NCBI GenBank assembly: GCA_002104905.1
Contig: MCFE01000408.1
Coordinates: 1-64,000 of the forward strand
Direction of reading: 5' to 3'
Source of the DNA: Basidiobolus meristosporus CBS 931.73
Taxonomy: Eukaryota > Fungi > Basidiobolomycota
Length of the DNA stretch: 64,000 nucleotides
Position numbers and translations under genes: made by a program. Positions 1 to 14,653 of the stretch are shown here, piece after piece. The notes under the pieces are model-generated. The model saw only the letters and a list, made by a program, of their open reading frames with translations, did no database searches and was not told the origin of the DNA. Numbering within the stretch: position 1 is the first letter of the stretch; each line of letters begins with the position of its first letter.

Positions 1-2210
1 ATTTGAGTGTACAGCACAAGCCAAGAAACAGCCTGGAAATCAGTCAAAATCTAGCCAAGAAGTGTAAAATGCATATTTTTGGGCTACTGCAAAGAGGGTA
101 AAGCATACCAATTCTACAATACCAAAGCAAAGAAGCTGATCATGTCCAGAAATGTGTTGTTTGATGATAGTTTAAAATTTCCACAAAAAATGACATCAGA
201 TGAAGTTAAAATCTGATCTCAAGTCTACCAATAGTGAGGATTAAGTCAGAGCATAACAAGAAGAGCTTTTTCACTCCCAAGGACTCTACATCTGTGGCTT
301 GGCCTGAGTGAGGCCCAGGAATATTTCAGAAGTGATCATTCCAGCGTCAAATGGCCAGAGATCCAACTGGACAAGAATAGCCCAAATTACTCTATCATTG
401 AGGGCACATACTCAGCCTCTGCCTATCAGTCCATTTTGGTGGACCCCCAATTGTAAAAGAGGCCCTAAATAGCCCTTGGATAAAGCTTTGGAGATCTGCA
501 ATGACTGAGGAATATCAGGCCCTTATAAAAAATCAAACTTGGGGTTCAGCCAAATTACCAATTTTCCACAAATCAGTTGGATGCAGTTGGGTCTATAAGA
601 CAAAATAAAACGCTGAAGGTGCAATTGAAAGATACATAGCAATTCTAGTGGCCAAAGGATACTCTCAAACACAAAGACTTGACTAAACTGAGACCTTTTC
701 ACTGGCAGCCAAATTCAATTCTATCATATTAATATTGTCATTGCAGCCAAATATATGTTTTTATTCATTAAATCAATGTAAAAACTGCATTGTTGAATGG
801 AGAACTTGATGAGTATGTGTATATGGAGCAACCTGATGGGTTTGTAGACCAAATAAATCCCTATTTGGTCTGCAAGCTTAAAGAGTCCCTATATAGACAC
901 AAACAATCACCCAGAGCCTGGATGTGCAAAATAGATTTTTGTTGGGAATCTCTGAGTTTCAAAAGGAGCAATCCTGACCCTAGTGTACAATACAAGCCAG
1001 ATAGAGCAAATCCAGTTCTATTAGCTATATATGTGGATGATCTTATTATAGCCACCAATAAGCTAGAAACATGGGCAAAGACTAAGCCAATCCTACCCGG
1101 CAGCTACCCCAAGGGAGATAAACCTTAACTAGGTCAAACTCAATTCAATCAAGAGAGCTTGGTGCCATCTTAAAGCCCAGAGTTCTTTATCAATCACTCG
1201 TCAACATTGTGATATGTGTCATACTGGGAACATGTCCAGATATATCATATTCAGTGGGAGTTGTCAGTCAGCATAATCATAACTTTGGATTTGATCATAT
1301 TGCAGCAGTTGAGCACATTTTGAGATACATAACACAAATTGCCGGTATCTGCTTAAGACACACTTATAAGGATTCAGCACAAGATCATGTGAGATACTTG
1401 ATGCTAATTGAGGACAAGATTTAGAAGACAGAAGATCCTCCATAGGATACACCTTTCTTTACTGTAAAGTGGCAATCTCATGGAATCCAAGAAAGTAACC
1501 AACAGTAGCCTTTTCTAACACAGACACAGAATATATGGCTGCCTCTAAAGCTACAAAAGAAGGAATGTGATTAAGGAAGGTTTTAAAGATTTAGGCTTAT
1601 GTCAAAAACACCTATTACTTTAATTTGAGATAGTCAAGCATGTATACAATTAGGTAGAAATCCAATATTTCATGCTACAACTCAGAACATAGAAACTCAA
1701 AATCATATCATACACAAAGCTATAGAGTAAATTAGTTAATCTAGCTTACTGTCTTACAGAAAGATGATTGTAGACATATTCACCAAGCCATTTGCTAGAG
1801 ACAAGCTTTAATCATTAGGTCAAAATTAGGACCAGTCAGTAAGAACATGCATTTGAGTAGGAGAATTTTAAGAATTGAAATTTCACCCAATTATTCACCT
1901 AACCTAGTCACTTGGATGATTGCCTTCAAATCTCAGAGTAAACTGACCAAAATTCTTGTTGGGATTTAGTTGAAATATTCACACCAAAATATCAGGTAGC
2001 CAGAACATGATAATTTTCAAGTTTGTTGAAACAGCCTCAAACCTTGAATACATGCTCTTGGGACCTTCCTGAGCCTACTCTTCATATTTGCAATGCTCAG
2101 AATATGCAAAAGTATATATACTACTTTTACATACAATAAATCATCAAGTGAAAGCTACTTAATCTGCTTGTTCTCCCAATCACTTCCATTATCTCCAAGA
2201 CTCTCAAACA
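1..2210 (+). mobile_element. Ty1/copia family A element, degenerate, 5' part outside window (integrase C-terminus, RT, RNase H, PPT, 3' LTR)
   Basis: Frame-broken copia motifs: GYCKEGKAY..YN (~80-130), FLNGELDEYVYMEQPDGF and LAIYVDDL (ORF 790-1128), RNase H remnants ~1430-1830; PPT-like GAGTAGGAG at 1855-1863; homologous along its length to 36900-39096. Confidence 0.88.
1864..2210 (+). repeat. 3' LTR of copia family A (347 bp, degenerate 5' terminus)
   Basis: Colinear with the 347-bp LTR at 38750-39096; ends ...CTCTCAAACA; follows the PPT. Confidence 0.8.
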
Positions 2211-3101
2211 CCTTACAGGGACTCTTCTGGCTATGTGCCAATTTTCTGATGCTTGTTTGGAGTGTTCAACCTTACTTGTGAGAAACTTGTAAGGAAGCTG
2301 CTGGATTTTAGCAATGGTGGGCTGTTTCTCTACCTTTGCTAGTTCCTGCCATTCTTGAGATAATTTCTTAGCATACCAATGCTAGACAAAAAATCTGTTT
2401 ACTTGTTTGAATACAGGATAATGCTCATGGAGCAGGGCAGGTGCATTCTAATTGGCCTAAAGTTCCTGATGGCTACACACTATGCTAGCCTTGGGGCCAT
2501 GCCATGAAAGACTTATCATGCCCTCTCAAATATTAGACCACCCATCAGCATTGCACTCAATGCCATCTGGGGCCTCCAATTTTTCTTATTAATTTTTAGG
2601 CTAGGATATATATATTACAGTCTTGCCCTCCCATTCTGTCATAGATTTCTTTGAGAGCCACATCTTTGGACACTATTGTTGGGCTGCAAAGAGACTACTA
2701 TATTCCTCTGCTGTGAGATTGGGAAATGACTCAAATCTTGGCTGGGACATTAAACAACTTGAGTTCTTTCCTTGCAGCAAAGATGCTGCATTCTCTGACT
2801 GGTATATAGATTGCTCTGCATATATTAAATGCACATCCTGATCCTGGGCTACTTTCTGATTTCTCTGGGCCATTGCACTCATTTTGTCAGCCACTGCACA
2901 TAATTGTCTTGGTAATGCCTTAGTGCAAGCTGACAACATATTTGCTAATACTGGTGGTGGTGCTGTTTTGACAGTAATGTGCTGGTCTTCCACCAGAGAT
3001 ACTGCATTTGCTACATTCTCATCTACCTGAGCATGGTGGTTAGCATATGGCATTGCAGAAAATCCTAATTGCCAACTTGACTGTTGGCCCAAGGAGTCCA
3101 A
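2211..3101 (-). pseudogene. Accessory gene of the CACTA-like element, copy 1 (fragment)
   Basis: ORF 2673-3101 (MDSLGQQSSWQL...SQPRFESF) aligns by eye with 14654-15100 on the + strand (MDSSGSQSSRQL...SQPRIEPF); its left end abuts the copia A LTR. Confidence 0.7.
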
Positions 3102-3246
3102 ATTAATACCTTAAGTAGGCATTTAATGATCATAGTCTTTGATAGATGTAGCCTGACTTATAAAAATTGTCAGGGCAAGTGGTTGACTCAGTTTTCTGCC
3201 ATTATTTGGGGTGTAGTTTTGTGGAGATCCAGATAGCTGCACTTTA

Positions 3247-3615
3247 TGTTGCAATTTAGGCAGTGATCTGGATATAAGGAACTTATCAAGAAATAATGAT
3301 AATAGTTGAACTGTTGCTTATTAATACAGAAGCTAAGTATTTATACCTTTGTAGAAGTAATACAGTTGTAACACTAAGCAAGAACGGTTTCTCAATATTC
3401 AGGAGCATTCTATAACAGTTTCAGGGTTAGTACATAATAGTTAGTATTAGTGCTAGTTTGATCTTGACTATAGGGGAACAATCATAAGATCATTGATCTG
3501 AAGAAAGCGGAAAAGTTAGAGCTGTAAATTAGTCTCACAGTGACCAAGATTAGTCCAGAATTGTCAGGTAAATTTTTAGCTGCAGAATGATACCAAATAG
3601 TCCAATACTTCAGCA
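3247..3615 (-). repeat. 3' LTR of copia B1
   Basis: TGTTGCAAT...CTTCAGCA on +, 369 bp; roughly 10-15% diverged from its partner by eye, mostly transitions. Confidence 0.9.
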
Positions 3616-6600
3616 CTTCAGCTCAACTAAGTAATTCCTCAGTCCCAATTCCTCTCTGAGATTCTCAAATTATGGCCTATCTAGTGGTTTTATCAATCTA
3701 TCTGCCACCATTTTGTTGGTTGGACAGTACACTAACTCTACTAAGTTATCTTCTACAGCTTCCCTCACAAAGTGATACTGTAGATCAATGTGCTTGGTTC
3801 TGGCATGATTAATAGGACTTGTAGCTAATGAAATATAACTTTGATTAACCTTGTAAATACATGTTGGTTCATCTGAATTAAAACCTAAGTCTTTGAGCAA
3901 TTTTTGTAGCCATATAGCCTCCTTAGTTGCCTGACATGCAGCAAAATATTCAGCTTCAGTTGTAGATAGGGCCACAGTTGGTTGTTTCTTGCAATTCCAG
4001 GTAATAGCTGCACCAGCATAAAGAAATACATAGCCTGTGGTAGAGTGTCTATCAATCAGATCCCTACCTCAGTGTGAATCACTATAAAATATCAAATGTT
4101 TGCCTATTAGCTGCTCCAGAGAATTGCAGTACTATATTTATGGTACCTTGTAGATATCTGAAAATGTGCTTAACTGCTGCAATTTGATCTGATCCATAAT
4201 TCTGCATGAATTGACTGACTATTCCAACTGCCACTGCAATATCTGGACATGTAGACACCATCAAGCAAATTGGGCTACCAACCATTGATTGATAGGGAAA
4301 GTTTTGGTCCATATATGGGCCATTTTCATATAAAACTGGCTGAGATTTGCTTAATTTCATGTTAGTGTCCATATAGGTAGCTGCAGGTTTGCAATTTTCC
4401 ATTTTGAGGCGTCTAAGAATGTCTCTGATGTACTTAGACTGATTCAGCACAATATCCTGAGAAAATAGCTCAATTCTCCAAAATCTTTCATCTCAAACTT
4501 GCTGAAGAGATCTGATTTTGCCTGTTTGAGTGCCGCTTGGTCACTTGTAGCAATAATTAGGTTGTCCACATAACAAACTAGGATGATCACACCCTTTTTG
4601 AGCTGTTTCACATATATACTGTGATCTGCAGTGCTACAACAGAACCCAATTTCCTCTAGATATGAGTCAATCTTGTTATACCATGCTCTAGGTGCCTGCT
4701 CTAGCCCAAAGAATAATTTTCTAACTTTGCACACCTTAAGGGGGTCTTTTGGATTGTACCTATCAATAGAACCATTTGAGGTTATCTTGATCTTGTAGAC
4801 CCATCTACATGCTATTGGCTTTCTCCCATGTGGTAAATTTACCAGTTCTCACATTTTTGCCATGATTAGTGATTGGTGCTTCTTCTGCATGACTTGTTCC
4901 CACATAGTAGCATCTGGACTTTGCTTTGCCTGTTCCAGATTCTGAGGTTTGGCACATAAGGCAAGATAAGCTTCTGAATGATCATTGAATGTCTGCCTCC
5001 AGGATCCAGGGGCATTTCTCATTCTGGTAGATCTCCTAACTGGGATTATCTGTTCTGTTCTGGAACTGGTAGAAGTATCTTCTGTATGTGGCTGGATTTA
5101 GTACGCACCTCCTTCATTAGTGTTGATTGCTTCATCAAGCAGCTGGCCAATGATTTCTGTGGCTTTCTGATCTGAGTTGTCCTCAAATACAATGTCCCTG
5201 CTCTGGATCAGCTTCTGAATTTTAACATCATACACTCTATACCCTTTAGTATCTTCACAATACCCAAGAAAGATCCCTTTCCTACTCTTTGCTTCCAACT
5301 TTGAGCGTTTTTTGTCAGGGATGTGATAAAAAATCACTGCCAAAGATCTTGAGGTGCTGGAAATCTGGTTTTCTGCCTGTTTATGCCTTCAAGGGTGTAG
5401 AATTATGTAGTGCTATTGTTGGGCATCTGTTCTTGATGTATACTGCAGTAGCAACAGATTCTGCCCAAAACTTGTAGTCTAATCCCTTTCATGTAGCATA
5501 AATCTTCCCATCTCTACTATTGTTCTATTTGCACGTTCTGCTGCTTCCTTTTGCTGTGGAGTATAAGGAACTGTAGTCTGTTGAACTATACCAGTAGACA
5601 AGCAGTATTTTGCAAACTTCTTTGAACAGTATTCTCCTCCATTGTTACTCTGTAGTACCTTCAATTTACACCCAGTTTGTGTTTCTGCCATGTTCATGAA
5701 GTGCTTAAATATCTCTAAAGCTTCGTACTTTGTTTTGAGGAAGTACCCCCAAGTATATCTTGTTTTGTTATCAATAAACGTGATTAAGTATCTCTTGGCT
5801 CTAAAGGACAGTGTTGTCATGGGGCGGCATATGTCTGAGTGTACAATAGCCAATATTCTGATGGTATCAATGCTTTCTGAGCTCTTGAAACGTTGCCTAG
5901 CTTGTTTGCCATATGAACATCCCTTACAAACATTCAATTTGATCAGAATTGAGTATTTTAGGCCCAACACAGTCTGATCTTTCACCAATTGGCTCATTTT
6001 CTGTTCCCCAATGTCTTCTTGCCTCCAATGCCACATCTCCCAGTTGGTTTCATCAGTTTCAGCAATGCTGACATACTCAGGCGCAATAATCTTGCATTGT
6101 AACTTGTATATATTGTGATCTCTGATTCCCAAAGCTAATTTTTCTCCATTCTCACTAATATTGAGCTGCTCATCTTAGTAAAAACAAATTCCAGTCCCTG
6201 AGCAGTTGCTTTACTGACTGAGAGTAGGCTCTTAGCTGTTCCAGGTACATAATGTATGTCAGTGATTCTTACTGCAGTTGCCTCTGAGCTATTGCTCTTA
6301 TTTAGTTGTATAGACCCACTTGCGGTAGCTTCCAGAGCAGAGTTATCTCCCAGATAAACCCTTCTTATGGGAATAGTTCTTAAGCTGCTGAGCCACTCCA
6401 TTATACCACAAATATGCTGTGAGGCTCCAGAGTCAATAAACCACTCACTACTTTGGTTATTTGCTCTCTCTTGTATGGTTACATATAACTGTTCATCAGT
6501 AGTTATATGGTTTGCCTGCTCTAGTTTCTGCTTTTTGTCTGCTTTTTTCTTCTTGCATTCTCTTGTCCAGTGTCCTGGCTTTTTACATTAGTTGCAGCAA

Positions 6601-7314
6601 CCAGGCTTTCTTCAGTTTTATTGTTTTCCATTTTTTTCTGAGTGGTTTCTGAACTTAATAAAGCATTATCTTTGATTTTTTCTGCTTGATCATTATGTCT
6701 GAGTTCTTCATGGGGAAGTCATCCTTTGACATACTCTAAAGTCAAATTGTCTTCTTTGCTTTCAAAAGAAAGTATGAGTGGCTTATACTTGTCAGGTAGG
6801 CTGCAAAGCAGACAGAGTATCTTTTCTTCATCATCTACACCATCATTAATACTGTAAAGTTCTTCTGCAAGTGTCTCCATTTACTAATCAGTTGTAGCAT
6901 GTCATCATCTGGCTTCTTCCTCATGTTGAAGAACTATTGCTTAAAACAAAGCCTGCTTGAAACTGACTTTGCGCTAAAGATCTTCTCTAAGGATTCCCAT
7001 ACTGCTTTGGCAGTATTTGAGGCATGCATTTGTCCAATGAAGGAACCTTGCACATTGATACATAAGGCATTAAAGGCCTTTCTCTCCTTCTCTTGAAACT
7101 TCTCCACTTCTTCAGCTGTGCCTTTGGGCTCAACCTCTTTTCCTTTTACTATATTCAAAAGCTTCCTTTCCTCAAGGTGTATCTGCATCTTGATTCTCCA
7201 AAGTGTGTAGTTCTTTCCATCAAACCTCTCCTTAGGAGGGAAGATGTTTGTGTTGTTCTGTTTGCTAGTAGAAGTCATCTTTAGAATAGATTAAGGCAAT
7301 TGGGGCTCAAAACC

Positions 7315-7683
7315 TATTGCAATTTAAGTAGTGATTTATATATAAGGAACTTATCAAGAAGTAGTGATAATAGTTGAACTGTTGTTTATTAATAAAGAAG
7401 CTCAGTATTTATACCTCTGTAGATGTAATACAGCTGTAACACAAAGTAAGGAGAGCTTCTCAATGTTTAGGAGCATTCTGTAACTGTTTCAGGGTAAGTA
7501 CATAATAGTTAGTATCAGTGATAATTTGATCCTGACTATAGGGGAATAATCATAAGATCATAGATCTGAAGAAAGCAGCAAAGTTAGATCTGTAAATTAG
7601 TTTCACAGTGACCAAGACTAGTCCAAAAATGCTGAGTAAATTTTTAGCTACAGAATGATACCAAATAGTTGAATATCTCAACA
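7315..7683 (-). repeat. 5' LTR of copia B1
   Basis: TATTGCAAT...TCTCAACA on +, 369 bp; adjacent PBS (GGTTTTGAGCCCC on minus strand, 7302-7314) and gag ATG at 7278. Confidence 0.9.
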
Positions 7684-7688
7684 CTTTA

Positions 7689-10040
7689 CCTCTTTGTGGC
7701 ATATAAATAGAGGTGAGTCAAACCAAAAGGGCAATGATGTGACATATAAATTTGTATATATTGCCTGATCCTTATCTATAATACTTATTGAAGTAGATCA
7801 TGATTCAACCTTCCATTCATATAGGTGCTGTATATCAAATACAAGAATATATTGAGATCGAATGAGTATTGGCACAAGAGTGATATAATGGCATTGCCGT
7901 GTTGGATGTCAAACTATTTAACCCATGGACAAGACTTCTTTGACTCAACACTGTAGAAAAAGGGAAAAACTGACATGCAGCTATTGGAACAAGTCTCTCA
8001 GCAATGAAGCATGCAGCCAAGATAGGAAGTATTATAAGGATCATGGCCATTATTTTGCAAACTGGTTATACATTGGCATTCATCTGCCACTATAGAGCCA
8101 ACAATATCTTATCCACAACTGAAAACTTTTGCAACAGTACCAAGATGTACTTGTCACCTTGCACAAACAGATTCAAATAGTTTATGGCAACTTTAGGCTC
8201 TCCTCAGCCTTCCAAAAATGATCTTTAGTACAAAAGCCTGCAGAGTGATAGCTCTGAAAAAATAAGGCTCACTGATGGATTCTTAGCCTGTCTTCCCTCA
8301 CCATAGTACCCTGCATCAGTGCAGCAAAGTCTCAATGTGCAATGGGACACCACCAATGGAAACCAATGTCAAGGATACTTTATGGAGCCAAATGCATCCT
8401 GCATTCCATTAGCTGGTAAATGCTACAGAGTTGTTTCTAGCTAAGTGGCATACTTCTGCAAATAGCAATAGTGGGGGCTTAGAGGATCTACCATTGCTTC
8501 TTGCCAAAGTTGTACCAGGATGCAACTTGCCATGTACTTAGTACAAGTGGGCAACTGTCATGCTGCTGGCAAACTATTATGCAGAAACTGTACTGATACA
8601 AGCATGTGTTGAGATATGTATGGCATTTACATTGGAAAATCCCATCTTTGCAAGGTAGTCAACTTGTCAGGGACCTACCACCATAGGAGGAAAGCATTGT
8701 CTGCACTCTGTGTATATTTCAGTAAGACCCTATCTAAAAAAGCTCATCAAGTCCAATAAATATTGTGAAGCTATTGAGTACTAAACCAATGATCAATCAA
8801 CTGCAATTGCTTCCCAAATTTTCAGTGGCAAACAATATAGGCAAAAAAGAGGCAAGGGCCAGGTTTAAGGTAGGTACGATTATGCCTTGGTCTTGGCTCA
8901 AGATGCAATATCAGTGAGCAACTACTCTGCCTGCAAATTCTGATGGCCATTGATTTACATCTACCTGAATCTGTGGCCTATTGTATAGTATCTGAGCAGA
9001 GATCTAATGGTAGTCTCACTGATATCTGGGCTTAAATCACCATCCAACCTAGACAGCTACCTATACCCATTGCAGAATGAATTTGGATTGCTAGCCAGTA
9101 AGATACCAGTAGATGGCTATCATGACAAGCATATATTTTAATTTGTATTGGAAATACCTCAGTTGTCAGCAAGAGATCTGGCTTTTCTGGGCATTATGAA
9201 TGGTATTGCTGTAAATGTGTGAGATCAAGGGGACTTGCTTCATTACTGACACATATAGTAGTTATAGAAACAAAAATACTATGAACATCATCTCACAGAG
9301 AGAATAAAAGAAGTCATTTACAGTAAAACTGGTAATCTGTAATCCATTGACAAAATTGGAATTGATCAAAATCATTGACACTTAGAAGGAGAAAGTCTGT
9401 TGGAGCAAAAGCTTTCCACTGAGGGCAATGCACTTGCTCATCAACATCATGTCAATATTCATACCTATATGTAGCTATTTCAATTGCAAGCACAGGATGA
9501 GCTGGCTAGGTATTTATTCAAGTGGCCTTCTGAATCCATCTCCTCAATGAGCACACTGGAAGCAATGGGAGCTAAATATTGACAATGGTGGAGTATAAAA
9601 ACTGAGGCAGATGACAAATACCAACTTGAAGCATCTACAGCTTTTATTAAGTGAGTCTGTGACAAACCTGAGCGGCTATTCTGCAAGTATGAATCTAAGT
9701 GTGTTGATCACTGCCACTCCTGCATCCATTCCCTATTCCAACTTTCCAGGTGAGCAGCGTATATTTGACCTTGCTTCACCTTTTAGGAGTATACTATGAA
9801 GCATATGTGTGGGGAGATAGAAAGACAAGTGTAGTAGCAGGTATTACCATATCCCAATCTCATCAAGAATTCAACCTTCAGGTCCATCATGGACATAGTG
9901 AGTTGGCATATGGGGAACCCCTAGGAATAGTTGAAAAACACTGAGGACAGATGTGCAAATGGAAACACTTGTGCATTTAGCATTCAGAAGCTAAGTAGCC
10001 CCAATGCATAGGTAATTAGTTGGGTAATGCAACATTGGGT
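7689..10040 (+). pseudogene. CACTA/EnSpm-superfamily transposase pseudogene, copy 1
   Basis: Manual translation ~8940-9080 gives WPLIYIYLNLWPIV*YLSRDLMVVSLISGLKSPSNLDSYLYPLQNEF (Transposase_21-like); 9600-9860 is homologous to the HSLLHL...GP...W.FPME..CG segment at 13720-13890. Confidence 0.75.
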
Positions 10041-12757
10041 TGGACACAACAAGCATTAGCTATGTTCTCATCTGCCTGAGCATTATTGTTAGCTTGTAGC
10101 TCTGCAGGTATTCCCATTTGCCTACTTGATTGAGAGTCTGAGGAGTCCGCATTAATACCTTCAGTGGGCACACTGTCAACATGGCCTTTTTGGATGTAGC
10201 TCTGCTTGTTTCACTGAGTTTCAGAGCAAGCTGTTGTCCAGCTACTCTTCCTGCTGCTCTCAACAGAGAGGTTTGATTGGTTACCAGACAACTTTGCTTT
10301 ATTTTTTGGTGGTACACATACAGTAGTGAGTCAAACCAAAGGGGAAATAGTAGTACATATACATGGGTATGTGGTGACACAACTTGGTTTATAATGGTTA
10401 CAATGGCAGGTCATCAATAAAACTTAGACTCATGCTGGTGCAATGTTTGAAATACAAGGATGGTGCAATCAAATGAGTCATCAGCCACAGCCTACATTAG
10501 GAAGTACAATTAGTCAGCAATTGATCCGGCAAAGTGTATATAAGGAGCTGCTGGAACCTCAACAAAGATCAGCTCGAGTTAAGTGAATAAATACTAGCTA
10601 AACTCCCTAATCCTCTACAACTATTTTACTAAGACTTGTAACATTAGTAGCAGTAATAACCAGAAACATCCTTTGTTAAGAAAGAAGAAGCCTCCCTCAA
10701 GATGCCCAAAAATCAAGAATGGAAGAATGCTATGCAACAAATCTTGGCCTAGCAACAACAGTTAAGCCAGATCCTTAGCCAGCAGCAACAAGGAATGACT
10801 ACCATAGCCCAAAGCCAGCCAAACCCTGTTAAGAGCAACTTTAGTGTGAAAGTCAACTAGTACCATGGTAGAGTCAATGAAAACCTGGGAACTTGGCTCT
10901 TCCAGATTGAAGAGGTGATCAAGGCTAAGGGAGTTGCTCCAGAAAGCAAGTCACATTATGCAGCCTCTTACCTGGAAGATGCTGCTTGACAGTGGTATTA
11001 CAACAAGATCAGATCAGCCACCATGATGGGATGCTCTAAAATCTCTATCTGGGATAAGTTTGTGTTGGAAATTCAGGATGCCATTGAGTCCCTACACCAG
11101 TAGACACTACTAAGAAGAAAGTTGAAGACACTCAGACAGAAAGGAATGGTTCAAGAGTACATGTATGAATATAGATGTCTACTTGGGCATATTGAAAGTA
11201 TGGACCCTCTGAATCAAGTTGAATACTTTATTGATGGGTTGAAAGAAAGAACGTGTGAGGAAGTGAATTATTGAAGACCTCCAACTATTGAAGAAGCTAT
11301 CAAGATTGCCATTCACTATGACTTAGCTGTGTTTGGAGTTGGGAAGCCAGCAATGACTAATCATAGCAGCTACAATCACTATGAAAGAAGACAATCAGAA
11401 GCAGGGCAATGAAAATAGATGCTATGCTGAAGAATCCTACCTCAGAAGAATGTAAGAAGAATGGACTTTGCTTCAGTTGCCACCAGCAGGGACATATTGC
11501 AAAGTACTGCCCTCAGAGAAGAAATGGACACCAGCCATCAAGAACGTTTGACCATATTGAGGCCCTGAAGCATGGTAACATGGAAGATGAACTTGAAGAA
11601 AACTCAGAGCTTACCTTCCGTATGACTGAAGAATACCTATCCCAGATAACCTCAAACTTAGGAAAGCTATTATGCTTGAATGGAGTAATCAATGGAGTAC
11701 CTGCCAAGATCATGATTAACTTGGGAGCACTGCATGAGTACATGTCAGAGCAATTTGCTTTGAAAGCTGGAATCAACTTGGAACCCACCAAATCAACTTC
11801 AGTCTCAACAGCTGATGGGAACTCTGACATAATCAACTGTATTACTCAGCCAGTAAGGATGAAGATCAATGACTATGAAGAAGATCTACAGGCCTATAAA
11901 TTTGGGAACTGCAAGTTTGACCTTGTACTTGGGAAATCCTGGCTATTTTGTTGTAATCCATCAATCAGCTGGAGAACGCATGCTACTCAGATCCAGAAGG
12001 CAAACAAGACCTATGAGCTATTACCTGCCAGACTGGATTTTAACTTGGTCAATTCCAGTGTGCGTGAAACAAGTGAACTTAGCAAGACACAGTTCTGTAG
12101 AGCACTAAGAAAAGGCACCCAGATGCTCCTCATAGCAGTATTACAGGAGGATTCCTTTACTCCAGTACCCCACAAGGTCCAGACTCTTTTGAAGAAATAT
12201 TCAGACTTATTTCCAGATGAGCTTGTAAGCCTACCACTAGTCAGAGATGTGGATCATGCCATTGAAACAGGAGATAGCCTTCCAGTGAGCAAGACACCTT
12301 ACAGAAGGAGTCCATTGGAGTTGGAACAGATGAAGAGACAAATAGATCAGTTACTGGAGCAAGGATATAACAGACCCAGCAAGTCATCTTGGGGAGCACC
12401 AGTACTCTTTGTGAAGAAGAAGGATGCTATACTTAGGATGTGCATTGACTACAGAGCCCTCAACTCAGTTACGGTGAAGAACAAGTACCCCATAACTCAG
12501 ATTGATAAGCTTTTGGACCAGCTCAATGGAGCCACTGTATTCAGCAAGATTGACCTCATGTCAGGATGCAACCACATTAGGCCCTATGAAAAATAATTTG
12601 GTCCCATGGGTGGATCCAATTCAGATCATCCGTCAAGATCCTGTTTGTGCAATGCATATATTCAACTGTAGAATTACCTTTCATTATTTGCTTACCCTCC
12701 ATTACCTTGGATATTCCACATATAGCTCAAAAAAAACTATGGCCTCCTGCTTACTAA

Positions 12758-13125
12758 TGTTATGATCTGCCGCTTGAATGTTTAAGTTAGATCAGTTTTT
12801 AGTCAAATCAATTAGTATATGTTTAGGTTATTAGTATATCAGTATTATCTATCAAATCAGTAGCATTAGTCAGCAAATGAATCAGCAGATCCTTATCAGA
12901 CAGAAATAGATATATTAAGTAGGATCTTATTGGGTGATGATGATGCAATCAAATGAGTCATCAGCCACAACCTACATTAGGAAATACAATTAGTCAGCAA
13001 TTGATCTGGCAAAATGTATATAAGGAGCTGCTGGAACCTCAATAAAAATCAGTTCAAGTTTTAGTGAATACAATACTAGCTAAACTCCCTATTCCTCTAC
13101 AACTCTTATACCAAGACTTGTAACA
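12758..13125 (+). repeat. Solo LTR of gypsy family B inside the CACTA-like element
   Basis: TGTTA...TAACA, 368 bp, homologous to 20583-20945; flanked by 4-bp direct repeat CTAA (12754-57, 13126-29). Confidence 0.85.
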
Positions 13126-13129
13126 CTAA

Positions 13130-14600
13130 CCTCTACAAACATGCACACCTACCGCAATTGACATACTTATATCACCTCAACTTTATGGCTTCTTAGTGTG
13201 ATACTTGCAAAGTTGCTATATACCTTGTACTGCTGGTAGCATATACATCTTGCAAACATATGCTTGGTTGTTGCCACTTCTGCCATGGATACCTCCTGAG
13301 TATTGGCAAAGAACTTCTTGGTATTTAGCCAGTATATTCCTTCTCCCTGCTGGATTCTAGTCCCCCTTACAGCTGCACTCTGGCTTTTGTATGTGTAAAT
13401 TTTGTATTGAATGGTGTAGAAGTTGGCTTGTGACCACAAGAAATCCGGCATATCTTGGTGGAGTTTTCCTGATAAAAATTAGCTGCCTGTTGCACCCAAC
13501 CCAACTTTGCATTACTTAACTGATTATCCACGCATTGGGGCTGCTTAGCTTCTCAGTGCCATAGGCATAGGTGTCTCCATGTGCACATTTGTCCTCAGTA
13601 TTTTCCAACTCTTTCTGCCTGTCCTCCATGTGCCAACTCATCACATCCATGAAGGACTTTAAGGTAATATTCTTGATGAGATTGGGATATGGTAGTACCT
13701 GCAACTTGACTGTCTTCCTATCTCCCCACACATCTGCTCCATAGGAAACTCCCAAAAGGTGAAGCAAGGCCCAATATTCTCCACATACTATGCAAGATGG
13801 AGTAGAGAATGGATACAGTAGCAGCAGAGATCTATATGTTCAGCTTTATGTTTGTAGTATAGCCGCTCAAATCCCATGACAAACTCCTCATACAACAGCT
13901 GTAGATGTGTCAAGCTGGCATTGGTGAGCTGCTTCTAGATAAATATTCCTACTATGTCCACATATGACTCCCAATGCTTCCAATGTGCTCTTGGTAGGAA
14001 TGGCTTCAGAACACCACTTGAGTAAGTACATATACAGTTCATCCAGTCTTTGCATTTGTATTGTTGCATATGTGTATGAATATTAATTGGAGCCCATGAG
14101 AAGTACTTGGGGTAGTGGATACTCTGTGCTATCTTGCCAATTTTTTCAAATTTCTCCAGTATCTTAAAGGGCTCATTTAACTTGAAATGCCCCATGTACA
14201 ACTTGGTCATCAGTATAGGGATATTGTTGAAAGGCAAATGCATTGCTCCTAGTGGAAAGCTTTTGCTCCAACAGATACCCGCTATCTTAAGTATCCCTTG
14301 TTTCCAATTGATTCCATATTCTGTCTGATGGCTTATAGCTTGCCAACTTTGCTGCAATTGCATGCTTGCTTCTGTACATTCTCTCTGTGAAAGAGGATGT
14401 TCATAGTGCTGGTGTTTGGGTAATAATAATGTGTATGAGTTATGGAATAAATCCCCTGGATCTCACACATTTAACCGCAATACCATCCATTGTGCCTGGA
14501 AAAACCTGCTTTCTTGCTGATGGCTGGGGTATCTCCAGTTCAGATAATAATATGTGCTTTTACATGATAGCCAGTTACCATTATCCTGCTGGAAAGCATA
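13130..14600 (-). pseudogene. CACTA-type transposase pseudogene, copy 2 (C-terminal half)
   Basis: ORF 13935-14363 (YGINW...SFPLGAMHLPFNNIP...KCKDWMN...YSSGVLKPFLPRAHWKHW) and manual translation EEFVMGFERLYY...IHSLLHLA*YVENIGPCFTFWEFPMEQMCG (~13720-13890), typical of the EnSpm catalytic/DUF4218-like region. Confidence 0.78.
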
Positions 14601-14653
14601 CAAAATTCTTCCAGCAATGGATACAGGAAGATATCCAGGTTGGACGGTAATTT

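Larger units (their letters stand above)
3247..7683 (-). mobile_element. Ty1/copia family B element (B1), both LTRs, degenerate, RT internally deleted
   Basis: 369-bp LTRs at 3247-3615 and 7315-7683; perfect 5-bp TSD CTTTA (3242-3246 and 7684-7688); gag (FDGKNYTLWRIKM), GAG-pre-integrase, integrase (VHSDICRP, LQSNNGGEY, QQKEAAERANR), RT (CYVDNL), RNase H (ALSTTEAEY). The RT segment between IDRY and NPKDP present in copy B2 is missing near 4760. Confidence 0.93.
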